NCBI GenBank assembly: GCA_043821445.1
Contig: JBDRCT010000005.1
Location: 2,593 to 66,592, forward strand
Reading direction: 5' to 3'
Source: Candidatus Omnitrophota bacterium
GTDB taxonomy: Bacteria > Omnitrophota > Omnitrophia > Omnitrophales > Aquincolibacteriaceae
Length of the DNA: 64,000 nt
The notes under the pieces are model-generated. The model had not been told where the DNA came from, did not search any database, and saw nothing but the letters and a program-made list of their open reading frames with translations. The translations under genes were made by a program, and so were the position numbers. This document shows, one piece after another, positions 16,468 to 26,874 of this stretch. Within the stretch, counting starts at the first letter, position 1. Every line of letters begins with the position of its first letter.

Positions 16468-17749
16468 AAAATTCCTGATCTTTTGCCTCACGCTGGTGAT
16501 CTCGACCTTGCCCGTCGCTCGGGCGGAAGAAAAAACTTCCCCGGCCCTGGGCCCCACGCTTTCTCTGGAAGAATGTTACCGCCTCGCACTGATCCAAAGC
16601 GAAACCGTGGCGATCCAGAAAGAGGCCATTTCCCGCGCCACGGCTCAGATATTCAATGCGGCGAGCCAGGGACTTGGCAATGTGGACTTCATCGTCAATC
16701 GCACAATTCAAGACGACCAAAAAAGCAACTTGACCGGAGACTTCATAGGAGATCCGAACGTACACGAAAGTAAGTTCACGATTAGTCAGCCGCTTTTCCA
16801 GGGTTTCAAAGCGATCGGGGCTTTAACGGGTGCCGGAAGTTATCGGCGGGAGCAAACGGAAGCATGGATCCGTGCTAAAGAACTTCTTTATACGGACGTG
16901 GCCCGCGCTTTTTATAATGTTCTTCGATATGAAAAGGAGATCGAGATCAACCAGGGCATCGAAGAACTTCTCCAAAAGCGGATCCAAGAATTGGAGGAAC
17001 GCGAAAAGATAGGTCGCTCGCGCTTAAGCGAAGTGATCACGGCTCAGACAAATCTTAAAATACTGGAGGCGGATCTGGCTGCCGCCCGGGGAGCCCTCGC
17101 AACGGTCCGTTATCTCCTGGAATTCCTGACAGGGACCGATCTTGAGGGACGGAAGCTCCAGGAAGAAGCTACGGAGGAAGTTTCTTCACAAACACTTACC
17201 GAGCATCTCAAAATGGCCGGGGTACGATCCGATGTCAAGGCCGCGGAACAAGCGGTCAAGACGGCTTGGCGCGGCATCCTCGTCGCCCAAAGCGGGTTCT
17301 GGCCCACGATCACGCTGGACCACAATCAATACATGCGTCGCGAAGGGACTTTGTCGAACCTGGATTGGGACACACTTTTCAAGTTCGACGTGCCTCTCTT
17401 TTCGGGCGGCGAAACGGTCGGACAAGTCAAAGATTCCATCGGCATCCTAAAACAGAAAAAACTTCATTTTTCCCTCGCCAAACGTCAAGCGGAGCTCGAG
17501 ATCAAGCAGAGCTATCAGATCTGGGTTTCTGCCAAGGAAACGAATGATCTTTTGAAGGAAGCGGTTCGGGATGCCGAGAACAATTACGCGATCCAATCCG
17601 AGGAATACACCCGCAGTCTCGTAAACAACCTGGACGTCCTCGCAGCCCTAGAATCCCTTCATAACACACGGCAACGCCAGAATTTGACTTATTACGTCAT
17701 GAAGCAGGACGAGGCGGCTTTCCGGGTCGCGATTGGACAAGTGTCATGA
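16457..17749 (+). CDS. TolC-like outer-membrane efflux protein (OEP family)
   Basis: The 430-aa protein has a signal peptide and the two-repeat alpha/beta-barrel architecture typical of outer-membrane factors (TLSLEECYRLALIQSETVAIQKEAISRA...). Confidence 0.75.
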   Translation: MKTKKFLIFCLTLVISTLPVARAEEKTSPALGPTLSLEECYRLALIQSETVAIQKEAISRATAQIFNAASQGLGNVDFIVNRTIQDDQKSNLTGDFIGDPNVHESKFTISQPLFQGFKAIGALTGAGSYRREQTEAWIRAKELLYTDVARAFYNVLRYEKEIEINQGIEELLQKRIQELEEREKIGRSRLSEVITAQTNLKILEADLAAARGALATVRYLLEFLTGTDLEGRKLQEEATEEVSSQTLTEHLKMAGVRSDVKAAEQAVKTAWRGILVAQSGFWPTITLDHNQYMRREGTLSNLDWDTLFKFDVPLFSGGETVGQVKDSIGILKQKKLHFSLAKRQAELEIKQSYQIWVSAKETNDLLKEAVRDAENNYAIQSEEYTRSLVNNLDVLAALESLHNTRQRQNLTYYVMKQDEAAFRVAIGQVS

Positions 17750-17855
17750 ACCCCGTAACCTCCTTTGACCCAATGGAGCTATCACAATATTTTATAAATG
17801 TACGGCCCGATATTGTTCCCCACCTTAAACCCATAGATTTTGTGGGAGGTACGGG

Positions 17856-20800
17856 GTGAATCTTTCCGAGATCTCCATAAAAAATCCTGTGTTCGCCTGG
17901 ATGCTGATGCTCGCCCTGATGGTCTTCGGCGTTTTGGGCTGCCACGGCATGGGCGTCGGACAGATGCCGGACGTGGACTTCCCCGTGCTTAATGTGAGTG
18001 TGACCTGGGAAGGCGCCGCACCTGAGGTGATGGAAAGCGACGTCGTCGATATCATTGAAGATTCGGTCATGGGGATCCAGGGACTCCGCGACATCTCTTC
18101 CTCTTCTGCGGAGGGAAAAGCCAGCATCAAACTCGAGTTCGACCTTGATCGTGATATTGACGTCGCACTTCAAGAGGTCCAAAGCAAGATCTCGGAGTCC
18201 CGCCGCAGGCTCCCGGCCGACGTCGACCCCCCGATCATCCAGAAATTCAATCCTGAGGACCAACCGATCATGTGGCTATCGATCACCTCGGACCTGCCTC
18301 TGAAGGACCTCATGGATTATGTCGACCGGAGCATCAAGGACCGTTTTAAGACCGTCCCCGGCGTCGGCGAGATCTTCCTCGGCGGGTTCCTCGAACGGAA
18401 CCTCCGCGTGTGGATCGACACCAAGAAACTTCTCGCATACCAGCTCACGGTCGAGGACGTAATCTCCGCGATCCAGACCGAGCACATCGAGATCCCCGCC
18501 GGAAAATTAGAAACCCCGGAAAAGGAATCCTCGGTCCGTGCGATGGGAGAGGCCCGGTCCGTTGAAGAATTCGAAAAGATCGTCATCAATAACCGTGATG
18601 GAAAACCCATTTACCGTCCGATCAAATTAAGCGAGGTCGCCAGGATCGAGGACGGCCTTGCGGACCTCCGGAGGATGTCGCGCACCGGAGGACAGCCGTC
18701 CGTCGGCCTCGGGATCCGGAAGCAACGGGGCGCCAACACCGTCGCCGTGGCCGAAGGCGTCCGAAAACGGCTCACGGAAATTCAGCGTGAACTTTCGAAG
18801 GATTTTTCGATCGGGATCAATTTCGACTCGAGCAAATTCATCTCGGACAGCGTCCATGAGCTTTTCCTGACACTCATCCTCTCCGCCGTTCTCACGTCCC
18901 TGGTGTGCTGGCTTTTTCTGGGCTCATGGAGCTCGAACATGAATATCCTGCTCGCCATTCCGACCTCGATCCTCGGAACCTTTATCGTGATGAAATTCGC
19001 GGGCTTCACCATGAACATATTCACCTTGCTGGGGCTCTCGCTCGCGATCGGTATTATCGTGGACGACGCCATCATGGTGCTTGAAAATATCGTCCGTCAC
19101 CGCGAGATGGGCGAAGGCAAGGTCGACGCCGCGCTGAACGGTTCGAGGGAGATCACTTTTGCGGCGCTTGCGGCGACACTGGCGATCGTGGCGATCTTTA
19201 TTCCTGTCGTCTTCATGAAAGGCATCATCGGAAAATTCTTCCTTCAGTTCGGGGTTACGATCACCGCCGCGGTTTTTCTTTCTCTTCTTGAAGCTCTGAC
19301 GCTCGCACCGATGCGGTGTTCTCAATTACTTGAGATCGGGGAACGTAAGACCCGGTTCGGCAGGGCTTTTGAACATGGCTTGGTCAAACTCAAAGAGCTT
19401 TATGGCAAAGGCCTTGTCCTGACCCTCAAACACAGGTGGAAAGTTCTTTTTCTTTCGTTCGTTTTTTGTATCGCCTCGTATATGATCACGGCCCCCCTGC
19501 TCAGAAAAGAATTCGTCCCGGCGCAGGACCAGAGCATGTTCCTGGTCGCCTTGGAAACGCCCATTGGCTCTTCGGTTTATTTCACGAGTGAACGGTTCAA
19601 GGTCGTCGAGGAATTCGCCATGAAGAACCCCTGCGTCAAACGCTATTTTTGTGTCATTGGCATACGCATGGGAGGCATCGAAGGAGAGGTCAATGCGGGC
19701 ATGCTCTTCGTGACCCTCAAGCAACCGAAAGACCGGCCTTATGATCCGAAACTGAAGCGGCGCCCGACCCAGCAAGATATCATGAACGAGTTCCGGACCG
19801 GCATCAACAAGATCCCGGACGTGAAGGCGATCATGCAGGACCTTTCCACGCGCGGATTCTCGGCCACACGCGGATACCCCATCGAATTCTCGATCCGGGG
19901 CCCCAATTGGGACAAATTGATCGAATACGCTCAGGTGATCCAGGACAAGATGCAAAAGAGCCCCTATTTTCAGGATATCGACAGCGATTACCGCTCCGGC
20001 CTCACGGAAGTACGGATCACTCCGGACCGTGACAAGGCCTTCGACCATGCCGCGAGTATCGAAACGATCGCCCGCACGGTGAACGCTATGATAGGTGGCG
20101 AGCGCGTGGCGAAATATACGCAGGACGGAAGGCGCTACGATGTCCGGGTCAAAGCGAACGACCAGGACCGCAGAAGCATCGAGAACATCAAGGACCTTTG
20201 GATATGGAATAACCGCGGCGAAATGGTCCAACTCGACGATGTCGTCAGGATCACGGAGCGCCCCAGTCTCTTAAGCATCACCCGGCAGGGCCGCGAACGC
20301 GCGATCAGTATTTACGCGAGCGAGGCGACCGGCAAGTCTCTCGCGACCGTCATTCAGGAAGCCAAAAAGATCGCCGAAGAGACGCTTCCGTACCCCTACC
20401 GTGTCGTCTTTAGCGGAACGAGCCAGACCTTCAAGGAATCCATGATGAGCCTCATCTTCGCGCTTGTCATGGGCATCGTCGTCGCCTACATGATCCTGGC
20501 TTCTCAATTCAATCACATCATTCACCCGATCACGGTCCTTCTGGCGCTCCCCTTCAGTCTCGTGGGCGCCTTCTGGGCGCTTTTGATCACAAACCAGTCC
20601 CTCAGCATCTTCAGCTTCATCGGTCTTTTGTTGCTGATGGGGATCGTGAAAAAAAACTCCATTCTGCTCGTGGATTTCACCAATCAGATGCGAACCCGGG
20701 GTATGAACACTTACGATGCGCTCCTCACCGCCTGCCCGATCCGGTTACGCCCGATCATCATGACTTCCGTCGCCACCATCGCGGCCGCAGTCCCTCCGGC

Positions 20801-21008
20801 CCTCGCGCTCGGCCCCGGTGCAGAGACCCGTATCCCGATGGGCGTCGCGATCATCGGCGGCGTGTTCGTTTCAACGATCCTGACACTCTTCGTCGTGCCC
20901 TCATTTTATTTAGTTTGCGACAAACTCGAGCAAAAAGGCTCCTTCACCTTGATCCTCGCCGCTCTCAAGGACAAACTCTCCCACCATTGTCCCAGGAAAT
21001 CCTCCTGA
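17856..21008 (+). CDS. RND efflux transporter permease (AcrB/HAE1-like)
   Basis: The 1050-aa protein has 12 transmembrane helices and two large periplasmic loops. Typical AcrB motifs are present (NPVFAWMLMLALMVFGVLG, AIGIIVDDAIMVLENIVRH). Confidence 0.9.
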   Translation: MNLSEISIKNPVFAWMLMLALMVFGVLGCHGMGVGQMPDVDFPVLNVSVTWEGAAPEVMESDVVDIIEDSVMGIQGLRDISSSSAEGKASIKLEFDLDRDIDVALQEVQSKISESRRRLPADVDPPIIQKFNPEDQPIMWLSITSDLPLKDLMDYVDRSIKDRFKTVPGVGEIFLGGFLERNLRVWIDTKKLLAYQLTVEDVISAIQTEHIEIPAGKLETPEKESSVRAMGEARSVEEFEKIVINNRDGKPIYRPIKLSEVARIEDGLADLRRMSRTGGQPSVGLGIRKQRGANTVAVAEGVRKRLTEIQRELSKDFSIGINFDSSKFISDSVHELFLTLILSAVLTSLVCWLFLGSWSSNMNILLAIPTSILGTFIVMKFAGFTMNIFTLLGLSLAIGIIVDDAIMVLENIVRHREMGEGKVDAALNGSREITFAALAATLAIVAIFIPVVFMKGIIGKFFLQFGVTITAAVFLSLLEALTLAPMRCSQLLEIGERKTRFGRAFEHGLVKLKELYGKGLVLTLKHRWKVLFLSFVFCIASYMITAPLLRKEFVPAQDQSMFLVALETPIGSSVYFTSERFKVVEEFAMKNPCVKRYFCVIGIRMGGIEGEVNAGMLFVTLKQPKDRPYDPKLKRRPTQQDIMNEFRTGINKIPDVKAIMQDLSTRGFSATRGYPIEFSIRGPNWDKLIEYAQVIQDKMQKSPYFQDIDSDYRSGLTEVRITPDRDKAFDHAASIETIARTVNAMIGGERVAKYTQDGRRYDVRVKANDQDRRSIENIKDLWIWNNRGEMVQLDDVVRITERPSLLSITRQGRERAISIYASEATGKSLATVIQEAKKIAEETLPYPYRVVFSGTSQTFKESMMSLIFALVMGIVVAYMILASQFNHIIHPITVLLALPFSLVGAFWALLITNQSLSIFSFIGLLLLMGIVKKNSILLVDFTNQMRTRGMNTYDALLTACPIRLRPIIMTSVATIAAAVPPALALGPGAETRIPMGVAIIGGVFVSTILTLFVVPSFYLVCDKLEQKGSFTLILAALKDKLSHHCPRKSS

Positions 21009-21061
21009 CGCCCTCCCATTTTCCGCTTTCCTTCAAGACGCTCCTTCTTTAACATACGAAC

Positions 21062-21673
21062 ATGAATTGGGAACTCGTGATGCAACCCCTTTTAGCCGGG
21101 CTCTCGGTGGGGGCGTTCTGTCTCACCTATTGCTTTCCGTTCATGGGCGTTTTCTTCGGCGCGGAAGAACGCAGCCCCAAGAGAAACCTCTTTGTCCTCC
21201 TTGAATTCCTGGCGGGACGCCTGATGGGCTATCTATGTTTCGGCCTGCTTGTGGGCTACCTCGGAGAGAAATTCGATCCCCGGTGGCTGCGCCGCGCCAC
21301 GGATATCTCCTTTATCGTGTTATCGCTTGTACTTCTTTTTTATCTCCTCGGCCTTGTGCGTGAAAAGAGCCTCTGCCCGACCCCGAAATGGCTAAAGGCC
21401 CGGAGCCCTTTAGTGATGGGCTTCTTCATGGGGATCAATCTTTGCCCGCCGTTCCTGCTGTCCGTCGCCTATGTTTTTCAGCAACAAAGCCCCCTTTATG
21501 GCATGTTCTACTTCGCGCTTTTCTTCCTGGCGAGCTCCGTCTATTTCCTGCCTCTTTTATCCGTGGGGTTTGCTTCCAAAATTCAAGAGCTCAGGATCAT
21601 GGCCCGCATCAGCGGCTTTCTCGTAGCCACCCTATTTTTCATTTACGGGATCTATTCAATCGTTCATAATTAG
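21062..21673 (+). CDS. polytopic membrane protein with paired Cys motifs (DsbD/CcdA-like or TauE-like), function unknown
   Basis: The 203-aa protein has about six transmembrane helices. It contains the Cys-bearing motifs CLTYCFP and NLCPPF inside its hydrophobic segments. Confidence 0.4.
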   Translation: MNWELVMQPLLAGLSVGAFCLTYCFPFMGVFFGAEERSPKRNLFVLLEFLAGRLMGYLCFGLLVGYLGEKFDPRWLRRATDISFIVLSLVLLFYLLGLVREKSLCPTPKWLKARSPLVMGFFMGINLCPPFLLSVAYVFQQQSPLYGMFYFALFFLASSVYFLPLLSVGFASKIQELRIMARISGFLVATLFFIYGIYSIVHN

Positions 21674-21728
21674 CACCGGAAAGGAATTCAAGCCATGAAC
21701 CCCGTCGCACTCGCCAACGATCTTAAAG

Positions 21729-23339
21729 ATGGAGACCGCCCCGATGGAGAAAAAATCCAAGGCGTCCGGAAATAACTTCCCTCCACGAACATTCACTGCG
21801 TGTTTAACGGGGCTTGCCATCCTTTCTCTCGCATTCACCTTTACTTTTCCCGGAACTAAAGAAAAAAGCGAAGATGAGCATGTCCGCAAAGCGGCTGTGG
21901 CCGGCGCATTTTATCCCGGGGGTAAAGCGGCCCTCGAAAAATACGTGGACACGCTTTTGCGCGAGGCCCATCCTCCCGAGATCAAGGAACCGATCCGCGC
22001 GATCATGGTGCCGCATGCCGGATACGTTTATTCCGCCCCTGTCGCAGCCTATGCCTATAAGGAACTCGAAGGCCGGGACATCCGGACCGTGGTGCTTCTC
22101 TGTAACAGTCACCGGCATTTTCTGGACGGGATCGCGATCTACGGGAAAGGAAGTTTTGAAACGCCGCTCGGCCGGGTACCGATCGATGAGGAAAAAACCG
22201 AAAAACTCCTTGCCTCATCTCCGAAGATCATGGACCGGCCGGACATCCACGAAGGGGACCACGTCCTTGAAGTGCAACTCCCCTTCCTCCAGCGCGTTTT
22301 GAAAGATTTTAAGATCGTTCCCCTGCTTTTCGGAAGCGATGATCCCGAACTTTCCAAAATCCTCACAGACGCCTTAAAGACGGTCATGGATGATACAACG
22401 CTCCTCGTTGCGAGCACAGACATGTCTCACTACCCGCCTTACGAGAACGCCACGACTGCGGACCGTGAAACCCTGCAAGCCATCCAAACCGGACGGGCGG
22501 ACGCATTGGACGCCATCCTCAAACAACACGCCTCGGAAGGGGTCCCGAACGCGGACACTTTTCTGTGCGGCGCAAGCGGTGTGCGAACGGTCCTGCTTCT
22601 CACCCAAGCGCTCGGCCCCACAACCCCCGTTTATTTAAAATATGCGAATTCCGGAGATACCTCGGGTGATAAAAACCGCGTGGTCGGCTACGGCGCGGTC
22701 GCTTTTGTCGCAAAGCAAAGCACGATGCCCGCAGCGCCGCTACCCGCGACCGAAGAAAAGAAAAACGTAACGGATGAACAAGGGATGACCGCGGAAGAAA
22801 AGAAAGAACTTCTCCAGATCGCGCGCACCACCGTAGAAGGTTTTGTCCAAACCTGGAAAGTTCCCGACTTCTCCCCCGCTTCGGCGACTCTCAGGCAACC
22901 GCTTGGCGCTTTTGTAACGTTGAGAATGAATGGCAAACTTCGTGGCTGCATCGGCCGGTTCAACCCTTCGGGGCCCCTCTATCTTATGGTCCAGCAAATG
23001 GCCATTTCCGCGGCCTCGCAGGACCCACGGTTCAAGCCGGTAAGCACGAATGAACTCGGGCAATTGGAATATGAGATCTCGGTCCTAAGCCCGCTCAGAA
23101 AAATCGAAGCGGCAGACGAGATCGAACTTGGAAAGCACGGCGTTCAAGTCTCGAAAGGATCTCATCACGGCGTGTTCCTGCCGCAAGTCGCGACCGAGAC
23201 GGGATGGAGCAAGGAAGATTTCCTGGGCGAACTTTGCTCCCAGAAAGCCGGATTGCCCAGGGACTGCTGGAAAGATCCGGATGTGCGCTTAGAGGTCTTT
23301 TCGGCCGAGGTCTTTTCGGAAGAGAAAGAGCAGCGTTAA
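21729..23339 (+). CDS. Memo1-like (AmmeMemoRadiSam protein B) fused to an AMMECR1 domain (protein A), with an N-terminal signal/TM segment
   Basis: The N-terminal half is Memo-like (VAGAFYPG, MVPHAGYVYSAPVAAYAYKEL, DMSHYPPYE). The C-terminal half is AMMECR1 (LGAFVTLRMNGKLRGCIGRF, HGVFLPQVATETGWSKEDFL). A hydrophobic stretch, TACLTGLAILSLAFTFTF, lies near the N-terminus. Confidence 0.8.
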   Translation: METAPMEKKSKASGNNFPPRTFTACLTGLAILSLAFTFTFPGTKEKSEDEHVRKAAVAGAFYPGGKAALEKYVDTLLREAHPPEIKEPIRAIMVPHAGYVYSAPVAAYAYKELEGRDIRTVVLLCNSHRHFLDGIAIYGKGSFETPLGRVPIDEEKTEKLLASSPKIMDRPDIHEGDHVLEVQLPFLQRVLKDFKIVPLLFGSDDPELSKILTDALKTVMDDTTLLVASTDMSHYPPYENATTADRETLQAIQTGRADALDAILKQHASEGVPNADTFLCGASGVRTVLLLTQALGPTTPVYLKYANSGDTSGDKNRVVGYGAVAFVAKQSTMPAAPLPATEEKKNVTDEQGMTAEEKKELLQIARTTVEGFVQTWKVPDFSPASATLRQPLGAFVTLRMNGKLRGCIGRFNPSGPLYLMVQQMAISAASQDPRFKPVSTNELGQLEYEISVLSPLRKIEAADEIELGKHGVQVSKGSHHGVFLPQVATETGWSKEDFLGELCSQKAGLPRDCWKDPDVRLEVFSAEVFSEEKEQR

Positions 23340-25553
23340 AAGAACGTTCGCGGATCCTAAAAATATCAGCGTTTGCGGGACCCCCCAAATCGGAATGAAA
23401 AATCCCGCGGTCATAAGGGCGCCCAATGCCGAACCCCAAAGATCCGCCGCATAAATGCTTCCAAGACGGTCTCCCTTACCCCGGGTGAGATAAAGGCGGT
23501 TCGCAAACGGAAAGATGGCCCCGGTCGCAAGACCGCCCCAAAGCGCCACCCCTAAAAAGGCGTACTGATAGGTTTCCCCAAGAAAAACCCCCTTCGAAAA
23601 GATCCGTACGCACACTTTGATCAGCAAAAAGAAAAATGCTGCGTTCATCACGTGGAGCATCGCAAGAGCGAACCTCTCCGGGATCTTCTTCAAACTCATG
23701 GCCGCCCAGGTTCCCGCCCCCAACCCCGCCATGAACGCTGTGATCACCCAGGCCAGCTGGTAATAAAGGTCCCCAAAGGCCGCCTGAAAAAGATAGATCA
23801 CTATGATCTCACACGCCATCAGAGAAAAACCGGCGGTCCCCATACTGACAAGCGCGAGTTTACGCACCCGCTTCATGGACTCCCGTGTGAATGCACTAAG
23901 AATCAAGATCATGAATAAGCCCGCCGTCAAAACGACCGGAAAAGGAAGGGTGGCCAGAAAAAAGAACATCCCGGTGATCGTGGGATTGAACTGGCTGAGC
24001 CACCGGAGAAATTCAAAATAACAAGTGCGCGGCCTCAGATCGGTGTTCTTGGTCTTCCATATCGCATTACGGAAAACCGCTGCGACACGCTCCACGCGAT
24101 CATTCGTGAAACGATAGCGGATCTGGTTTGCCGTCACGAAGTCGGGCTTGATCTTCCGCCCGGAAAGGCGGTCGATCATCTCCTCGGGACTCAAAAAAGA
24201 CGCGCTCTCTCGTGAGGCTAAAAAGAAAAGCGTATCTTCCGGAAGCACTTTCACGGACGGGAAAACTTGGCTGAGCGTCGCGTAAACCGAACTGCCGAGC
24301 CGTTCCAGTTCCGGGGTCATGGTATTCGCCGAAAACGTGATATGGGTCGAGAACACCCCTCCGGACGAAAGATGGGAACGGACGGAACGGAAGAATTGCT
24401 CCGTGTAGTTGCGATTGATGAGCACCGATGCCGGGTCCGGGAAATTCGCGATGATCACATCGAATTTCCCATCTTCGGACCTGAGAAAATCCCTTGGGTC
24501 CGTGGCCCAAAGCCGCACCCGGGGATCGTGAAGGGTCGCCCGGAGATCCTCCGGAAGAAATCCGCGGGTGATCTTCAAAAGCTCAGGATCAAGCTCAACC
24601 GCACAGACCTTTTGGGGGTCATGTTTTAAGATCTGCTGCAAAGGTCCATTGAATCCTGTTCCAAGGAGCAGGACCTTTTGGGGTGCCGGGTGCGCAAGCA
24701 TCGGGAAATGGACAAGATATTCACTCGCAAGGTCTTCCCGGTCCGCCCCCAAAAGCAGGCCGCTTTGATAGAAATTATATTGTGGCCCCAACTGAGTGAC
24801 CGACACATTCCCATGAATGGTATTCTCGGTCCGGATGAGCGTTTCGTTCGGGAACCTTAACTGGGACGTCTGCTGTTGCAAAGAAGCGCTGCTTATAAAA
24901 AGCCATGCCGGAAAAAGGACCGCTGTGAGAACCAAGATCCGCCAAACTTTTTCCTTTTGTTTAAGGAAAACATGAAAAATCCCGCAGGCAACCGCGAGAT
25001 TCAAAACGGCAAGGATCGCCGCCACCCGGAACTCGTTGACAAAAATCAATGCAAAACTGAAAAGAACTCCGCCCGCGATGAATCCAAGGCATTCCCCAAA
25101 ATACGCCCATCCCGCCGCTCCTGCTGATTCCCCTTCCGGCATTTGAGATGCCCGGCTTCTTGCCGCGACAGCAAATTGGATCCCCATCATTCCACAAAGA
25201 GGCATAAGGACCGCAAGCGGGAAAAGAAGAGCCGGTATAAATTCCGGAAGTGCCCCAGCCGGAGTCCCGAGGATCAGTTTACCGGAACGTATGAGAACGA
25301 TCGCAAGGGGAAAAAGAAAAGCCGTGAAAATATGACAGATCGTTAATGAACGAAAGACCCTTTCTGTATCATGAAAGAGTCTCGAGCCCAACACGCTCCC
25401 TAAAGCAGTTCCGAGGAGCCAGCAAAAGAGGATCCAGCCGATGAAAAACTCATTGGCGTAAAAACTCATCGCCAGTTCCCGGATCAGTACCACCTGGGAA
25501 ATAAGCGATGAGAACCCAAGGACACCCAAGGAAAGAATGAGGATCTTTTTCAT
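23289..25553 (-). CDS. fused MFS-like membrane domain / spermidine-synthase-like (PABS) protein
   Basis: The 754-aa protein has multiple transmembrane helices at both ends around a polyamine-aminopropyltransferase-like core (VLLLGTGFNGPLQQIL...VELDPELL...DVIIANFPDPA). Its 3' end overlaps the convergent Memo-AMMECR1 gene by 51 nt. Confidence 0.7.
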   Translation of the reverse strand: MKKILILSLGVLGFSSLISQVVLIRELAMSFYANEFFIGWILFCWLLGTALGSVLGSRLFHDTERVFRSLTICHIFTAFLFPLAIVLIRSGKLILGTPAGALPEFIPALLFPLAVLMPLCGMMGIQFAVAARSRASQMPEGESAGAAGWAYFGECLGFIAGGVLFSFALIFVNEFRVAAILAVLNLAVACGIFHVFLKQKEKVWRILVLTAVLFPAWLFISSASLQQQTSQLRFPNETLIRTENTIHGNVSVTQLGPQYNFYQSGLLLGADREDLASEYLVHFPMLAHPAPQKVLLLGTGFNGPLQQILKHDPQKVCAVELDPELLKITRGFLPEDLRATLHDPRVRLWATDPRDFLRSEDGKFDVIIANFPDPASVLINRNYTEQFFRSVRSHLSSGGVFSTHITFSANTMTPELERLGSSVYATLSQVFPSVKVLPEDTLFFLASRESASFLSPEEMIDRLSGRKIKPDFVTANQIRYRFTNDRVERVAAVFRNAIWKTKNTDLRPRTCYFEFLRWLSQFNPTITGMFFFLATLPFPVVLTAGLFMILILSAFTRESMKRVRKLALVSMGTAGFSLMACEIIVIYLFQAAFGDLYYQLAWVITAFMAGLGAGTWAAMSLKKIPERFALAMLHVMNAAFFFLLIKVCVRIFSKGVFLGETYQYAFLGVALWGGLATGAIFPFANRLYLTRGKGDRLGSIYAADLWGSALGALMTAGFFIPIWGVPQTLIFLGSANVLLTLLFLFRKDLGRKDL

Positions 25554-25634
25554 ATTCCTCTATGATCTGAGCCATCCCCGGAAAAGAGCGCCTGACCTCC
25601 GAAGATAGAACGGATTTTGAACTGAGGATCTGCC

Positions 25635-26522
25635 TTAGGCAACTTTCCCCGATACAATATGGACATCTCTTTGCGGAAACGGGATCGTGATCTTAGCAGC
25701 GATGAGCGCCTTATAGATCGTAAGGTTGATCGCGCAGAGGGTCTGGAAATATTTCGTCATCGGGATCCAGTAGCGGCAACCGATATTGATCGAAGAATCC
25801 CCGAACTCCTGAAGACCTACTTGTGGTTTGGGAGTCTCGGCAACATCTTGGAAACCTGCGATCGTCTTTTGGATCACCCTGATGGCCTTCTCGGGATCAT
25901 CCGAATAGCTGACGCCGACCATGTTTTCCACGATCTTGTACCTGAAGGAATTGTGGATGATCTCCCCCACAATATGTTTATTGGGGATCGTGATCTTCAC
26001 GCCATCTTCATCGGTGAGGATCGTCGAAGCCAGCTTCACTTCCTGAACGACCCCGCTTTGACCTTTCACAACAATGGTATCTCCCACCACGAACGGGTGG
26101 CCCAGAATGATTGAAAGTCCGGCCCCATAATTGGAAAGCGGCCCCTGTAGAGCCATGCTTGCGCCAAAAGCGCCGGCACCGATCATTGCGATCAAAGGCG
26201 TTATCGTGATCCCGAATTTGCCGAGCGCGATCAGGATCGCAAAGGCCAGCACCGACATTTTGGCGCAGCCGGCAATGAATTTTGACAACGTGATATCGAG
26301 TTTTTTCTTTTCGCAAAGTTTGAGAACAACTCCTTGCACCCATTTCCCGACCCAGGCACCGACCACAAGGACAATAATGGCCCCAAGGACTTGGAAGCTG
26401 TAGTTAGTAAGAAATTCGATCGCGGTGTTGATGAACTTCTGTAACGCCGTCACTTCCTTTTCCATAAATTTCCCCTCAAGCAAGTTTTGAGCTGCGGTTT
26501 GAACGGTGGACGATACCGGCAT
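25635..26522 (-). CDS. mscS: small-conductance mechanosensitive channel (MscS family)
   Basis: Transmembrane helices are followed by the MscS beta-domain (PFVVGDTIVVKGQSGVVQEVKLASTILTDEDGVKITIPNKHIVGEIIHN). Confidence 0.85.
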   Translation of the reverse strand: MPVSSTVQTAAQNLLEGKFMEKEVTALQKFINTAIEFLTNYSFQVLGAIIVLVVGAWVGKWVQGVVLKLCEKKKLDITLSKFIAGCAKMSVLAFAILIALGKFGITITPLIAMIGAGAFGASMALQGPLSNYGAGLSIILGHPFVVGDTIVVKGQSGVVQEVKLASTILTDEDGVKITIPNKHIVGEIIHNSFRYKIVENMVGVSYSDDPEKAIRVIQKTIAGFQDVAETPKPQVGLQEFGDSSINIGCRYWIPMTKYFQTLCAINLTIYKALIAAKITIPFPQRDVHIVSGKVA

Positions 26523-26874
26523 GTTTTACCTCCGCCATTTTATCACCTGATCATCTCGAGGAAAACGGGTGAATTAAAAACTAAGAGACCGACCGGAAGG
26601 ATTGTATCACATCCCAGCCGAGAGACTCAAAGAGAGCCGCTCCCCTTTTCGGACGGCTTGAGATCTTCATACGCCAGTCATGCTTATGAGAAAAAACGGA
26701 AAGGAAAATGCTATGGAGAAAACTGGAAGTTACAAACGGGCCGTGTGAGAAGTGTTGTCTTTCAAGTTCTTGAGCAGGACCGTATCCGGTGTGACCATCC
26801 CCTGTTTCAGCAACAGCTCCAATAACTTAACGTCTGAGATCATCGTTTTTTCCGGTCCGGGGCCCGCTATGGGC

